Positions 9,342 to 20,533 of a stretch of 37,986 bases of DNA are shown here, piece by piece. Source of the DNA: an uncultured archaeon (GTDB taxonomy: Archaea > Asgardarchaeota > Thorarchaeia > Thorarchaeales > Thorarchaeaceae); NCBI GenBank assembly GCA_964558645.1, contig CAZLEV010000026.1:1-37986 (forward strand). Reading direction: 5' to 3'. The number at the start of each line of letters is the position of its first letter. Within the stretch, counting starts at the first letter, position 1. The notes under the pieces were generated by a model. That model made no database searches. It was not told where the DNA came from and saw only the letters and a list, made by a program, of their open reading frames with translations. The translations under genes were made by a program, and so were the position numbers.

Positions 9342-9776
9342 TCATGCGATAACAACATTATCAACGTCAAAATGCCGTCTGACCAGAATCCGAGCACGCG
9401 CAACGTTACGGCCGTCCTTGCCTATTGCAATGCCACGATCTTCTTCTTTCACAGTAACGCTAGCCACCTTAGTTCCATCTTTCTGTTCGGAGATTTCCAC
9501 ATTGTGAACTCGTGCTGGAGCTAGCGCACTCTTCACAAACTCCTCGGGAGTGTCTGCAATCTCAACAATATCAATATGTCTGCCCAAGACTTCTGATGCG
9601 TGACGTACGTTTGATCCCCCCTTTCCTATGGCTTTTCCTAGGTGTTTTCTGGGCACTACAAAGATCAATCGTTCTGCTTCATCATCTCTAACAACATCAA
9701 CTGCAGGAGCACCTGTTATTTTTTCGAATGAAGCAATGAGGGACATATCCTCCATTGAGATCTTGACACTGGGCAA
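9342..9776 (-). CDS. nusA: Archaeal NusA (two KH domains)
   Basis: GKAIGKGGSNV and GIAIGKDGRNV GxxG loops. Canonical position between L30e and S12. Probable TTG start at 9776. Confidence 0.95.
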   Translation of the reverse strand: MPSVKISMEDMSLIASFEKITGAPAVDVVRDDEAERLIFVVPRKHLGKAIGKGGSNVRHASEVLGRHIDIVEIADTPEEFVKSALAPARVHNVEISEQKDGTKVASVTVKEEDRGIAIGKDGRNVARARILVRRHFDVDNVVIA

Positions 9777-9786
9777 ACGGCTCGCC

Positions 9787-10086
9787 TCACACCATCTCAA
9801 GTATTCTTGAGTCGCCAGGTTTGATGACTGCAATAGAAGAAACCATGAATGGTTTTCCGATGACTTCGCCTAGGTCCCAAGACGTGCCTTGGAATACTGT
9901 AAGTTTTGTGCCGCTCATTTGTGTGTATTGCTCGATGTCTTCATACGCATCTGCGGGGCAGTTAGCCGCAACAACTATCAGCTTTGCCTCACCCTTTCTA
10001 AGGGCGTCGATAGACTCTTGCGTACCGATGCGACACTCACCCGTGTTGACTGCACTCTCGATTGGTTGATTAAGGCTCAATTCCAA
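9787..10086 (-). CDS. rpl30e: 50S ribosomal protein eL30
   Basis: AKLIVVAANCP, LGEVIGKPF and PGDSRIL. Operon position. Confidence 0.96.
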   Translation of the reverse strand: MELSLNQPIESAVNTGECRIGTQESIDALRKGEAKLIVVAANCPADAYEDIEQYTQMSGTKLTVFQGTSWDLGEVIGKPFMVSSIAVIKPGDSRILEMV

Positions 10087-10184
10087 ATACCTCGCTATTC
10101 TACGTTATAACTTCTTATTGAACCTGAAGCGGTTCTTTCGGGCCGAAGCCCTGTTTTAATGCTTCCGTACTGTGCGTCCAATTC

Positions 10185-11384
<1,200 letters not shown>

Positions 11385-14042
11385 CTATTTCATCCGGCTC
11401 TTGCCTAGTACCTTCTCTATTGCAATGTCAATGTTCACTGACCTACCGTGGTCCGATTTGCTTGGATCGACACCATCATCACCAAATCGGAATTGTACAA
11501 TCCGACCAGGTGCAGTCCTGACAGTACCGTCAGATTCTACCTTCAAGTCCTGCAACGCTGTCATCAGTCTTCGTTGCATATACCCAGAAGTGGATGTCCG
11601 AACTGCGGTATCAACTAGACCCTCTCTACCACCAGCTGCGTGGAACCAGTATTCGATTGGATCAAGTCCACTCTTGTAACTAGAGGTAACAAACCCACGG
11701 GCACGAGCACCTAGGTCACCTCTCTCAAAGTGAGGGAGTGTGCGGCCAATATAGCCTCGACTGATGCGTTCGCCACGAACTGCCTGCTGTCCAACAACCG
11801 CAGCCATCTGTGAGAGGTTCAGTCGTGACCCCCGAGCTCCTGTCTGTGCCATGATAACTGCAGAGTTCTCAAGGCCCAAGTGTTCTCCTGCAACCTCACC
11901 TGCAGAGTCTCTTGCCTCCGCCAGTGTGGCCATGATTCGCTGCTCTAGTGTTTCAAGCAGTGTCTGGCCAGGATTTGGATCTAGCTCACCGCGTTTGTAA
12001 GTCTCAATGAGTTGATTGACCTTCTTGTCAGCCTCTTCGAGGATTATTATGATTCTTCGAGATGCCTCCTTGGGCAGCGTCACGTCATCAAGACCCATCG
12101 AAAAGCCTCGATCTGTGATTAGTCGAACAAGAAGGCGTCCAACTGAGTCCATGAAATTGCGCCCTGCAGTGGAGCCTTTTTCCTTGATGATGCGATGGAA
12201 TAACGAGTCGGGCTCACCGGCACCAAAGGCTTTCTCATCCACAACGCCAAACTCTAATTCTCCATTCCGGATGACAACATATGCGTCATACTCACAGTCC
12301 TCCATTTTGCACACCTTACATTTTCGGCAAATATTGGCCTTGAATGAGATGTTGATGCCTTCGGGGATGAACATACTGAATATCTGTTTCCCGGTCCACA
12401 GTTGCACAGGAGCCTTGATTGCGGGTTCAGGCAGCTCTCCCTCGAACTTCGCTGTGGCTGTCAACTGGTTCACCTGATTCAGAGTGAACAGACTTGACTT
12501 CCGAGTGAGGAGAAATGCAGCTGAGATGTAGTCCTGTAGTGCTCCGATGATAGGACCGCCATATCGGGGAGAGAGAATCTGTTCCTGTACCCGCATGAGC
12601 ACGCGTGCCTCAGCACGGGCCTCTTCAGATTGTGGTACATGAAGGTTCATTTCGTCCCCATCGAAGTCCGCGTTGTAGGGCGGACAAACGAATAGACTCA
12701 GTCTGAAAGTCCGGTAGGGCATTACCCGTACCTCATGAGCCATGATAGACATCCTGTGAAGTGAGGGTTGCCGGTTGAACAACACAATATCGCCCGAGTC
12801 TAGGTGCCGTTCCACAACAAAACTAGGCTCTATCGTTTCAGCTATGGTGGTTCTGTCCTTTACAAACCGTAGGTCTACCCTACGGCCATCGGTACGGATC
12901 AAGTAGTTCGCGCCCGGATGACGATCGGGACCTCGAATCACGAGATCTTTCATCTTATCCATGTTCCACTCAGTCACCCGTTGTGGAATTGTCAGAATCC
13001 TAGCTATCTCCTCGGGAACCCCTACTTCATTCATGCTTATATTCGGGTCGGGCGAAATCACTGTTCGCGCTGAGAAATCCACACGTTTTCCGGACAGGTT
13101 CGATCTGAATCGGCCTTCCTTCCCTTTGAGCCGTTGAGCCAGTGTTCGCAGCGCCCGACCGCTTCTGTGCCTTGCTGGAGGGATACCACTCACACCATTA
13201 TCGAAATAAGTGGTCACATGGTACTGAAGCAGCTCCCAGAGGTCCTCAACAATCAACTGAGGGGCTCCGGCATCGAGGTTCTCTCGAAGACGTTGATTGA
13301 TTCGAATGATGTCGATGAGTTTGTGGGAGAGATCGTCCTCTGAACGCACACCGGACTCCAATGTGATGGAGGGGCGCACCGTGACCGGAGGGACTGGCAG
13401 CACTGTAAGAATAGCCCATTCAAGTCGTGCAGCCTCAGCATTGATATTCATAAGCCTAAAGTCTTCATCTGGAATGTTCTCAAGCCTAGCCCGAACATCG
13501 ATAGGTGTGAGCCGAACAGACCCGGCCTCACTAATCTCATATATCGATGTAGGTTTTTCGAGCTTAATCTTAAACTGCTCAGCCTCGCAATGGGGGCAGT
13601 TCTTTGCCTTATTGCCCCGTTTCAGAATTTCTTTGGAGAGATTTGCGGTCTTCTGACCAATCTCGGGATAGCGTTTGAACAGCTGCTCAAAGTGCTCAAT
13701 CTCTTCTTCGCTAAGAAGAAGTCGGTTGCATTCTCTGCATGTGGCCCTCAGTACCTTATAGATGACCTTGGCGTAACCCTCGTGCATAACAGGACGAGCA
13801 AGCTCAATATGTCCAAAGTGGCCTGGACAGTTACCTACACGGTTTCCGCACGTTCTGCAACGCTGACCTGGGTCGATAACGCCCAAACGCGGGTCCATGA
13901 TTCCTGATTCGATTGGATAACCATCTTCATCATACGTATCAGCGACCACGATTTGCGCGACAGACATCTTGCGGATGTCCTCCGGCGCGAGTAGTCCAAA
14001 CTCAATCTCGTCAACTTTCTTAGTGCTAGTTGTGGACATCAT
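11385..14042 (-). CDS. rpoA1: RNA polymerase subunit A' (Rpo1N)
   Basis: NADFDGD catalytic motif, CPGHFGHIEL and GKEGRFR.NL.GKRVDFSAR. Confidence 0.99.
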   Translation of the reverse strand: MMSTTSTKKVDEIEFGLLAPEDIRKMSVAQIVVADTYDEDGYPIESGIMDPRLGVIDPGQRCRTCGNRVGNCPGHFGHIELARPVMHEGYAKVIYKVLRATCRECNRLLLSEEEIEHFEQLFKRYPEIGQKTANLSKEILKRGNKAKNCPHCEAEQFKIKLEKPTSIYEISEAGSVRLTPIDVRARLENIPDEDFRLMNINAEAARLEWAILTVLPVPPVTVRPSITLESGVRSEDDLSHKLIDIIRINQRLRENLDAGAPQLIVEDLWELLQYHVTTYFDNGVSGIPPARHRSGRALRTLAQRLKGKEGRFRSNLSGKRVDFSARTVISPDPNISMNEVGVPEEIARILTIPQRVTEWNMDKMKDLVIRGPDRHPGANYLIRTDGRRVDLRFVKDRTTIAETIEPSFVVERHLDSGDIVLFNRQPSLHRMSIMAHEVRVMPYRTFRLSLFVCPPYNADFDGDEMNLHVPQSEEARAEARVLMRVQEQILSPRYGGPIIGALQDYISAAFLLTRKSSLFTLNQVNQLTATAKFEGELPEPAIKAPVQLWTGKQIFSMFIPEGINISFKANICRKCKVCKMEDCEYDAYVVIRNGELEFGVVDEKAFGAGEPDSLFHRIIKEKGSTAGRNFMDSVGRLLVRLITDRGFSMGLDDVTLPKEASRRIIIILEEADKKVNQLIETYKRGELDPNPGQTLLETLEQRIMATLAEARDSAGEVAGEHLGLENSAVIMAQTGARGSRLNLSQMAAVVGQQAVRGERISRGYIGRTLPHFERGDLGARARGFVTSSYKSGLDPIEYWFHAAGGREGLVDTAVRTSTSGYMQRRLMTALQDLKVESDGTVRTAPGRIVQFRFGDDGVDPSKSDHGRSVNIDIAIEKVLGKSRMK

Positions 14043-14043
14043 A

Positions 14044-17000
14044 TTAGATCATCTCCTTGAGCCTGAGTCTACAGGCAAGTCCCAGCGACATCATTTCCTG
14101 TAATAGGAGCTTGAATGCGTACGACACGGTGATATTGCTCACCTTAGCGCTGGCGCCACAGATGGGGCAGTATGTCATGTCCTTGTTCCTATCATAGACC
14201 CCAATGAGGCCACATTCCTCACAGACAAGCATGCTGCTCTTGTCTGATTCGTCCAAAAGGCGGCCCTTGAGAAGAATTGCGGCGCCGTGCCCAATCAGTA
14301 CGTCACGCTCCATCTCTCCGAACCTAAGCCCACCCTCTCGCGCACGGCCCTCTGTGGGTTGTCTTGTAAGGATCTGGACAGGACCACGAGCGCGAGCGTG
14401 AATCTTGTCAGCCACCATGTGGTGAAGCTTCTGATAATAGATTACACCGACAAAAACATCGGTTGTGAGTTTCTCCCCTGTGATGCCAGAGTACATGGTT
14501 TCGCGCCCGTTGTATTGAAGACCGTGTGCCTGTAGCTGATCAAACAGCTCCTGCTCAGTGACACCACAGAACGGGGTAGCATCCTTTTGTTCGCCCTCCA
14601 TGCATGATGCCTTTCCGGCAACCATCTCAAGAATCTGTCCGATTGTCATTCGACTTGGGATAGCATGAGGATTGATTATCAGATCAGGAACAACTCCATC
14701 CTCGGTGAATGGCACGTCTTGTTGGGGTACAATATATCCAATGACTCCTTTCTGTCCGTGCCGTGAAGCGTATTTGTCGCCTAGTTCAGGTACTCGCAAG
14801 TCACGTACTTTCACCTTCACAAGACGGTTTCCATCAATGGTTTCTGTAAGGATGACACTGTCTACAACACCCGATTCGCCATGTCTCACTGCGACGGAAG
14901 TCTCACGACGGTTTGGTGAAGCAATCTCAAACTCTGAGTATTCTTCAAGGAAGCGTGGTGGAGAGGTTCGTCCAATCAGGACATCACCGCCCTGTACCTC
15001 AACCTCAGTTTCGATGATTCCGTCTTCACCAAGATTGCGATATGACTCCGAGGCCCTATAACCTCGCACGCTGCGTTCAGGAATCTCAAATCGATCCTCT
15101 TGACCACCAGGGTATTTCCGCTCCTCGCTCTCATATACACGAGCGAAGGTGCTTCTTCCCAGACCTCTTTCGATGGAGGCCTTGTTCATTATGAGAGCAT
15201 CTTCTATGTTGTAACCCTCAAAGGAGAGAATTGCAACAACAAAGTTCTGCCCTGCCGGTCGCTCTTCGTAACCAATGGAATCCATGGCGCGAGTCTTGAC
15301 AAGTGGTATCTGAGGATAGTGGAAGAAATGGGAACGTGTATCTGCACGGTATTTGAAGTTTGAAGCTGGTACGCCAACGGATTGTTTTGCCATTCCAGCC
15401 ATGTAGACGTTTCGAGGGGATTGGTTTCGCTCAGGGAAAGGAATGAGGGCGGCAGAAATACCAAGAATGGTCGCAGGAACAATCTCAAGGTGCGTGGTAT
15501 TAGGTCCGATTTCTTCAGGACCCATTGCAATCAATGCATTCTCTTCTTCTTCTGCGTCGAGAAACTCAACAATCCCGTTCCGCAAGAGGTCTGGAAAGGC
15601 CCATTCACCATCATCAATCATGTGAAGATGTTCATCTGTCAAACGACTGCGTCCGTTCTCTACAACAATCAGTGGCCGACGAACGCGTCCGGCATCACAG
15701 TTTACCTGAACTTCATGGGTGCCATCGTAATAGGCAATGTTTACCTCTGGGTCTATATCTCCGGCTCGGCGTTTCTGAATCATAGTCTTAGCCAAAACCT
15801 GAGGAGCCGGATGAACACCTACAAGTCTACCGTTGAGAAAGACATCGGCCCATTTCGAGTCCCTCTTGCCTTTGAGTTCCTCGATGGGCTCCACCTCTGC
15901 ATTGAGCATTGTCCGCTCCACAGCCTCTTCGTCCGTTCCCACGGAGATGTAGGCCATCATTGCAATGTTCTTTACAAGACCACAGTTCGGGCCTTCAGGT
16001 GTTTCATTGGGACATATCTTTCCCCAGTGGGTCGAGTGAAGGTCTCTGGCCTCAAAGTGAGGTTGTGACCTAGACAATGGTGAAACCACCCTTCGCAAGT
16101 GAGAGAGTGATGATATGTAGTTGGTGCGATCTAGTAGTTGGGATACGCCCGCCTTTCCGCCAACCCAATTACCTGTAGCAAGAGCATGTTTCAGGCGCTG
16201 GGTAATGACATCGGCACGGACAGCGGTTCTGATGTTCGGTTTCCGACCGCGAACTGCCGTGCGTTCAAGCTGGTACTTGATGTCCCTCGTCAGGGAATAG
16301 AGAGCGACTCTGAATAGTGACATCAATAAATCGCCAGAGAGCTTCAGTCGCTTGTTGGCATAATGGTCCTTGTCGTCTGGCTGTCTCTTATTGAGTACAA
16401 GCTGAAGAAGTCTCTCCACCATCTGACCAAGATAGTATGCCTTCTTGAGGCGATGTTCCTCTTCTGTGCCAACGTGAGGCAGAAGATATCGATCTAAGAC
16501 TTTCTCGGCTCTGGCTAAGCGGTAGTCCTTTGTCTGGCCGACTGCGACTCGCTTACCGAGAAAATCGAGTGCGTTCTCGAGGGTTGAACCCTCCTCGTCG
16601 TCCACTTTGACATTGATTGGTTGAGCCTGTTCGATTGTTACAATGAGTTCATTACGAATCTCATCATCATCTGAGATTACGTCAACAATCTCTCTATCGG
16701 ACTCTAGACCCAATGCTTTCATCAGAATTGCTAGGGGTATTTTGCCAGGAACAGATGGAAATGATACACGAAGCTCTCCAGTTTTCTTTCTCTCAATGGT
16801 AACAGGTGCACGGAAGCCACGCGAGGTTGAGAACACTTTACCAATGTGGGTGTAACTAGAGCTCTTACTGGCCTCTTCAATCAGAATTCTGTTGGGGGCA
16901 AGATCTTCTTGGGTGACAAGAACTCGTTCAGATCCGTTGATGATGAAATAGCCACCCGGATCTTTCGGATCTTCGCCGTGTTGGATAAGTTCTTCATCTG

Positions 17001-17409
17001 ACATCCCATGAAGGAGACACTTCTCGCTACGGAGCATGATTGGCAAATCACCAATGTATATCCGAAGCGTTTCCATCCGGGTAGTAGACGAGCCTTCTTT
17101 TCTGACAGGAGTCATGTGAAGATACAGCTTGCTAGCGTAGGTCAGGTTCCGAATACGTGCCTCATTAGGATAAAGAGGATGTTCACTGCCGTCTGCCTCG
17201 CGGACTGAAGGACTCTCAATCTCAATATCTCCAAGATCTACATAGTAGCCTTCCACTTTCGGATTCAACCGAGCAACACTATCAACTACTTCTTTCAATT
17301 CGTGCTTCACGAACCGATTGAATGAGTCGAGATGCTGCCCAACTAGACCTCTGTCTCTGAAATATGCTTCAATTACTGGCCAATACTTTTGGCGCTCTTC
17401 GACACCCAA
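14044..17409 (-). CDS. rpoB: RNA polymerase subunit B, unsplit (Rpo2)
   Basis: GDKYASRHGQKG, ETPEGPNCGL and GGLRFGEMERD, plus a C-terminal Zn ribbon. GGTGA SD and TTG start. Confidence 0.99.
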   Translation of the reverse strand: MGVEERQKYWPVIEAYFRDRGLVGQHLDSFNRFVKHELKEVVDSVARLNPKVEGYYVDLGDIEIESPSVREADGSEHPLYPNEARIRNLTYASKLYLHMTPVRKEGSSTTRMETLRIYIGDLPIMLRSEKCLLHGMSDEELIQHGEDPKDPGGYFIINGSERVLVTQEDLAPNRILIEEASKSSSYTHIGKVFSTSRGFRAPVTIERKKTGELRVSFPSVPGKIPLAILMKALGLESDREIVDVISDDDEIRNELIVTIEQAQPINVKVDDEEGSTLENALDFLGKRVAVGQTKDYRLARAEKVLDRYLLPHVGTEEEHRLKKAYYLGQMVERLLQLVLNKRQPDDKDHYANKRLKLSGDLLMSLFRVALYSLTRDIKYQLERTAVRGRKPNIRTAVRADVITQRLKHALATGNWVGGKAGVSQLLDRTNYISSLSHLRRVVSPLSRSQPHFEARDLHSTHWGKICPNETPEGPNCGLVKNIAMMAYISVGTDEEAVERTMLNAEVEPIEELKGKRDSKWADVFLNGRLVGVHPAPQVLAKTMIQKRRAGDIDPEVNIAYYDGTHEVQVNCDAGRVRRPLIVVENGRSRLTDEHLHMIDDGEWAFPDLLRNGIVEFLDAEEEENALIAMGPEEIGPNTTHLEIVPATILGISAALIPFPERNQSPRNVYMAGMAKQSVGVPASNFKYRADTRSHFFHYPQIPLVKTRAMDSIGYEERPAGQNFVVAILSFEGYNIEDALIMNKASIERGLGRSTFARVYESEERKYPGGQEDRFEIPERSVRGYRASESYRNLGEDGIIETEVEVQGGDVLIGRTSPPRFLEEYSEFEIASPNRRETSVAVRHGESGVVDSVILTETIDGNRLVKVKVRDLRVPELGDKYASRHGQKGVIGYIVPQQDVPFTEDGVVPDLIINPHAIPSRMTIGQILEMVAGKASCMEGEQKDATPFCGVTEQELFDQLQAHGLQYNGRETMYSGITGEKLTTDVFVGVIYYQKLHHMVADKIHARARGPVQILTRQPTEGRAREGGLRFGEMERDVLIGHGAAILLKGRLLDESDKSSMLVCEECGLIGVYDRNKDMTYCPICGASAKVSNITVSYAFKLLLQEMMSLGLACRLRLKEMI

Positions 17410-17433
17410 CTTGTCACCACACCCTGATGGAGG

Positions 17434-17521
17434 ACGGGGGAACTACTGCGAGCATGGATGCTTCCCAACGCATGAACCCAGAGAAATCCGAGCTCGTCAT
17501 ATACCGCAATAGCCGCCCCGT
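17434..17521 (-). ncRNA. Candidate structured cis-regulatory RNA in the rpoB leader
   Basis: ACGGGGcGGCUAUUGCG pairs with CGCAGUAGUUcCCCCGU (16/17 pairs) and encloses hairpin GAGCUCGGA-UUUC-UCUGGGUUC. The many G-U pairs form only on the minus strand. Confidence 0.5.
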
Positions 17522-17564
17522 TTGTTCTGCTCTTGCAGATCCCGATTCTAATCCTGTAGGACTG

Positions 17565-17641
17565 TGGCGGGCTCGGCGGGATTTGAACCCGCGGCCGTCA
17601 GGTTAAAAGCCTGCTGCGCTACCTAGCTGCGCCACGAGCCC
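17565..17641 (-). tRNA. tRNA-Lys(TTT)
   Basis: Cloverleaf GGGCTCG...CGAGCCC-G-CCA. Anticodon loop CT-TTT-AA. GTTCAAATC T-arm. Confidence 0.97.
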
Positions 17642-18011
17642 GAACATCGATGCTTACCATATCGTGGCTCGTGCATCCAGAGTCCATGTAGAATCATGTC
17701 TTGCCTGCACTGTCAGTTATGGTCATGCATGGATGGGAAGCAGTACCTGCCTGAGCACCCGACGAAAATTTCGTGAGCATAAAAGGGTTGCGATAAAACG
17801 AAGATATGGTCTATCAACTAGCGGGGCTATAAGAGAATAAGCCGAGAAATGTATGGGATAAGGTCTGTAAAAAGCTTATGCTGCTGCTATCAACTCGGGC
17901 AGGTGATGTCCGGGAGGAAATCTAGGCTGGGCCATGTCCGACAACTTTAATAGATTAACAAGAATCGAGCGAATCGGCTCGTCAGTCCAAGGGGATTGAG
18001 GGCTGAAATGG

Positions 18012-18119
18012 GCCCCTGTAGTGTAGTTCGGCCTAGCATCCGAGACTGTCAAGCTTTGACGCTTGATGTCTTGGAGCAGACCTCTCGGGACCCGGGTTCG
18101 AATCCCGGCGGGGGCGCCA
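18012..18119 (+). tRNA. tRNA-Asp(GTC) with a 30-nt intron at 37/38 (18052-18081)
   Basis: GCCCCTG/CGGGGGC-G-CCA acceptor stem, CGAGA/TCTCG anticodon stem. Relaxed BHB: CTGT:GCAG helix with CA|A and AC|C bulges. Confidence 0.93.
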
Positions 18120-18358
18120 CTTCCTTCTGATGAATGGTATCACGAGTCAGCCAAGGGATTGAGTGTGTTTTGTTGAGATCATGCTTTCACGTATTTTGTG
18201 TTTGTTCGAGCACGGTCTTGTTGAGAAACGACCGTCTTGAAAACTCTTGAAGAGTTTGACCTGGAATTCTGGAATCTTGAAAACGCATTGACTTCCTAGT
18301 CATTTTGTCAGATATGTGTAAGATTTCCTCCTTGCTGACATGTAGTCTTGAACACTCT

Positions 18359-18409
18359 CAGGGGAGGGATGGAACGCAGAAGTCTCTTCCAGGTGATGTT
18401 CACTCACCA
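18359..18409 (+). repeat. Detached copy of the tnpB element 3' end / omegaRNA 3' scaffold
   Basis: 48/51 nt identical to the reverse complement of 35554-35604. Confidence 0.85.
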
Positions 18410-18498
18410 AACTGTAAGAAACAGATTATCTAGAAATCGGATTGTTGAAATGGAGGAGATGTGCTTCACCGGGTACAATGTTGTTCCAGAGGTGAGTA

Positions 18499-19497
18499 AT
18501 GATTACAACTGATTTTCTTAGCTCCTGCTACAAGACAATGATACAGCAAGAGCAGTCAATTCCAAGAACCTTGAAGAACGTTCCAGAGGGACAAGAGAAC
18601 ATTCTGAGAAATGCTGACAAAGTGATTCTGACGGGTGCAGGAGACTCGTTAGCGGTGGCAGAATACGGTGCTTTATTATTGCAGGAACTGGGCATTCATG
18701 CCATTGCTTTGACGCCAACAGTCGTCAACAGATTGCCAATCTCTACAGGGGATCTCCTCGTTGGAATCACAGCATCGGGTAGAAGCCTTTCCACTATTGA
18801 TGCATTACAGCATGCTAGGAAAGAGCGAGCCACATCTGTAGTCTTGACGGATAATCCAGATGGGAACGCTGCAAATCTCGCAGAAACAGTATGGACTACA
18901 GTTTCAGGCGTTGATACATACGACATCATTCCAACAGCCCCTACAACGACAGCAATGGCTTTCCTGCTGGGCCTTGTTTCGCGATTAGATGAGAGATTGA
19001 GCAAAGAGATTGAGAGACTGCTTGACGGCCTGTCATCAATAATGGATTGGGCGGAATCTAGGGGAGAAGAGATTGCAGGAAGAATAAACTTAGATGGCGT
19101 AGTCTGTTTCCTCTCAGAGGGAGAAAATCTAGTAGCTGCACATATAGGGATGATGAAACTGAATGAGAGCGCACTCGTTCGGGGAGTTCTGGTGCTTCGT
19201 GAAGAATTCGAGCATCATGGCAACCTGCCAGCTCGAGAAGAGGACTTTGTAATCCTAATCAGTGATACCCCGAATAATGGGAGAGATTTCCAGTATATGA
19301 AAGTGCTCACTGAACATATTGAACTCCAAGCCTATAACCTACATTTGCCCGAAAGATACCAGATAGCGGAACCAGCAGTTCAGGCCTTAGGGAATACAAT
19401 TGCCATGCAGATGATGGGATATTATTTGATTCTCGAACACAACCCCTCAATGGAGTGGTTCAGGATGCCTAACGCAAAAGCATTCAGAATCTATTGA
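18499..19497 (+). CDS. SIS-domain sugar-phosphate isomerase/deaminase (GlmS C-terminal-like)
   Basis: GAGDS, GITASGRS and EEFEHHG. Tandem SIS domains. Confidence 0.88.
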   Translation: MITTDFLSSCYKTMIQQEQSIPRTLKNVPEGQENILRNADKVILTGAGDSLAVAEYGALLLQELGIHAIALTPTVVNRLPISTGDLLVGITASGRSLSTIDALQHARKERATSVVLTDNPDGNAANLAETVWTTVSGVDTYDIIPTAPTTTAMAFLLGLVSRLDERLSKEIERLLDGLSSIMDWAESRGEEIAGRINLDGVVCFLSEGENLVAAHIGMMKLNESALVRGVLVLREEFEHHGNLPAREEDFVILISDTPNNGRDFQYMKVLTEHIELQAYNLHLPERYQIAEPAVQALGNTIAMQMMGYYLILEHNPSMEWFRMPNAKAFRIY

Positions 19498-19558
19498 TCT
19501 TCATCGGCACTTGCGATAAGGCAAAAGGTAACATGACCTCGCGTGCCTAGATACACAG

Positions 19559-20533
19559 ATGACAGTGAATGAAATACTCTCGAGGATAGACGACCCTTCC
19601 AAACGCGGAGAGGTTGCAGATTATATCAATAACCACGAGAGTGCGTTCTCCGAACTCATTGATGAGGCATTCTCGGACTCGCCTGATGAGATGAAGGAAA
19701 CGAGAAGGAGACTGCTTGATCTTGTGGATCTACTGAATCAACGGATTGCAACAGAGATTATCGAACGTGCAATATCTAGTACAGACACCAATACCAGAGT
19801 AAAAGGGCTAAAAGCGGCCTATAGAAACATGGTAGATGTACTGAATGATGACCTTCTAAGTATCCTTCACAACAGAAACTCCGACTTCGAAGCTCGGAAG
19901 TGGATTGTTCATATTTTGGCTACAACAGATTCTGAAACCTTTGGCCGTAGCCTTAGGTCTTTGGCACGAAACCACGAGGAAGACATTGAGATTCGCAGAG
20001 AAGCAATTTTTGCCTTGACCAATGTTGCTGATGATGAAAGCTTAGGCACCCTGTGTGCCGTCTTAGGGGATAGCGAAGTGGAGATTCGTCGATCGGGGGC
20101 GTGGGCGTTGAGCAAGCTTGGCGATAGGAGTACCATCAACTGTCTCTTTGCAGCCCTCGAAGATCAGGACTCCGATGTCAGGGACTGGGCCATCCGCGCA
20201 CTGCGTGACATGGATGATGCAAGAGCCCTTCAAGGACTTGCTGACGCACTTCACAGCGTAGCACCCGAGGAGCAGATTCGGATGATACGGCTTGTTGTTG
20301 AGAAACGTTCAGAGATCATTCTCCGTGCGATTGCCGAGCTCCTCAGTTCGCCGGATACAAAAGTCCGACGAGTCGCAGCATGGGCGATGGGAGTGTCTCC
20401 CTATCCGCCAGCTGTGGGAAGTCTTGAGGCTCTATTGAATGACCCGGATGAACAGACGAGGTATTATGCCAGAGCGGCCTTGCAGCGCTTAAGCACCGTA
20501 GAATCCTCTGACTTCGGCTCGTTCCTTGAGTAA
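19559..20533 (+). CDS. HEAT-repeat (PBS lyase-like) protein
   Basis: Repeated L.D.D.EVR..A.WAL units. Confidence 0.9.
   Translation: MTVNEILSRIDDPSKRGEVADYINNHESAFSELIDEAFSDSPDEMKETRRRLLDLVDLLNQRIATEIIERAISSTDTNTRVKGLKAAYRNMVDVLNDDLLSILHNRNSDFEARKWIVHILATTDSETFGRSLRSLARNHEEDIEIRREAIFALTNVADDESLGTLCAVLGDSEVEIRRSGAWALSKLGDRSTINCLFAALEDQDSDVRDWAIRALRDMDDARALQGLADALHSVAPEEQIRMIRLVVEKRSEIILRAIAELLSSPDTKVRRVAAWAMGVSPYPPAVGSLEALLNDPDEQTRYYARAALQRLSTVESSDFGSFLE

Noticed and set aside
9777-9833. N-terminal extension of NusA in the ORF track
   Set aside because: Overlaps rpl30e. TTG 9776 fits the usual length and has an SD-like sequence.
17651-17742. Possible stem (TGCTTACCAT/ATGGGAAGCA) and C/D-like words upstream of tRNA-Lys
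   Set aside because: No properly spaced box C/D set and a single modest stem. Not enough to call an ncRNA.
18210-18290. Recurrent TCTTGAA words and palindrome AAACTCT-TGA-AGAGTTT
   Set aside because: Irregular spacing. Not an array, and not similar to the tnpB left end.
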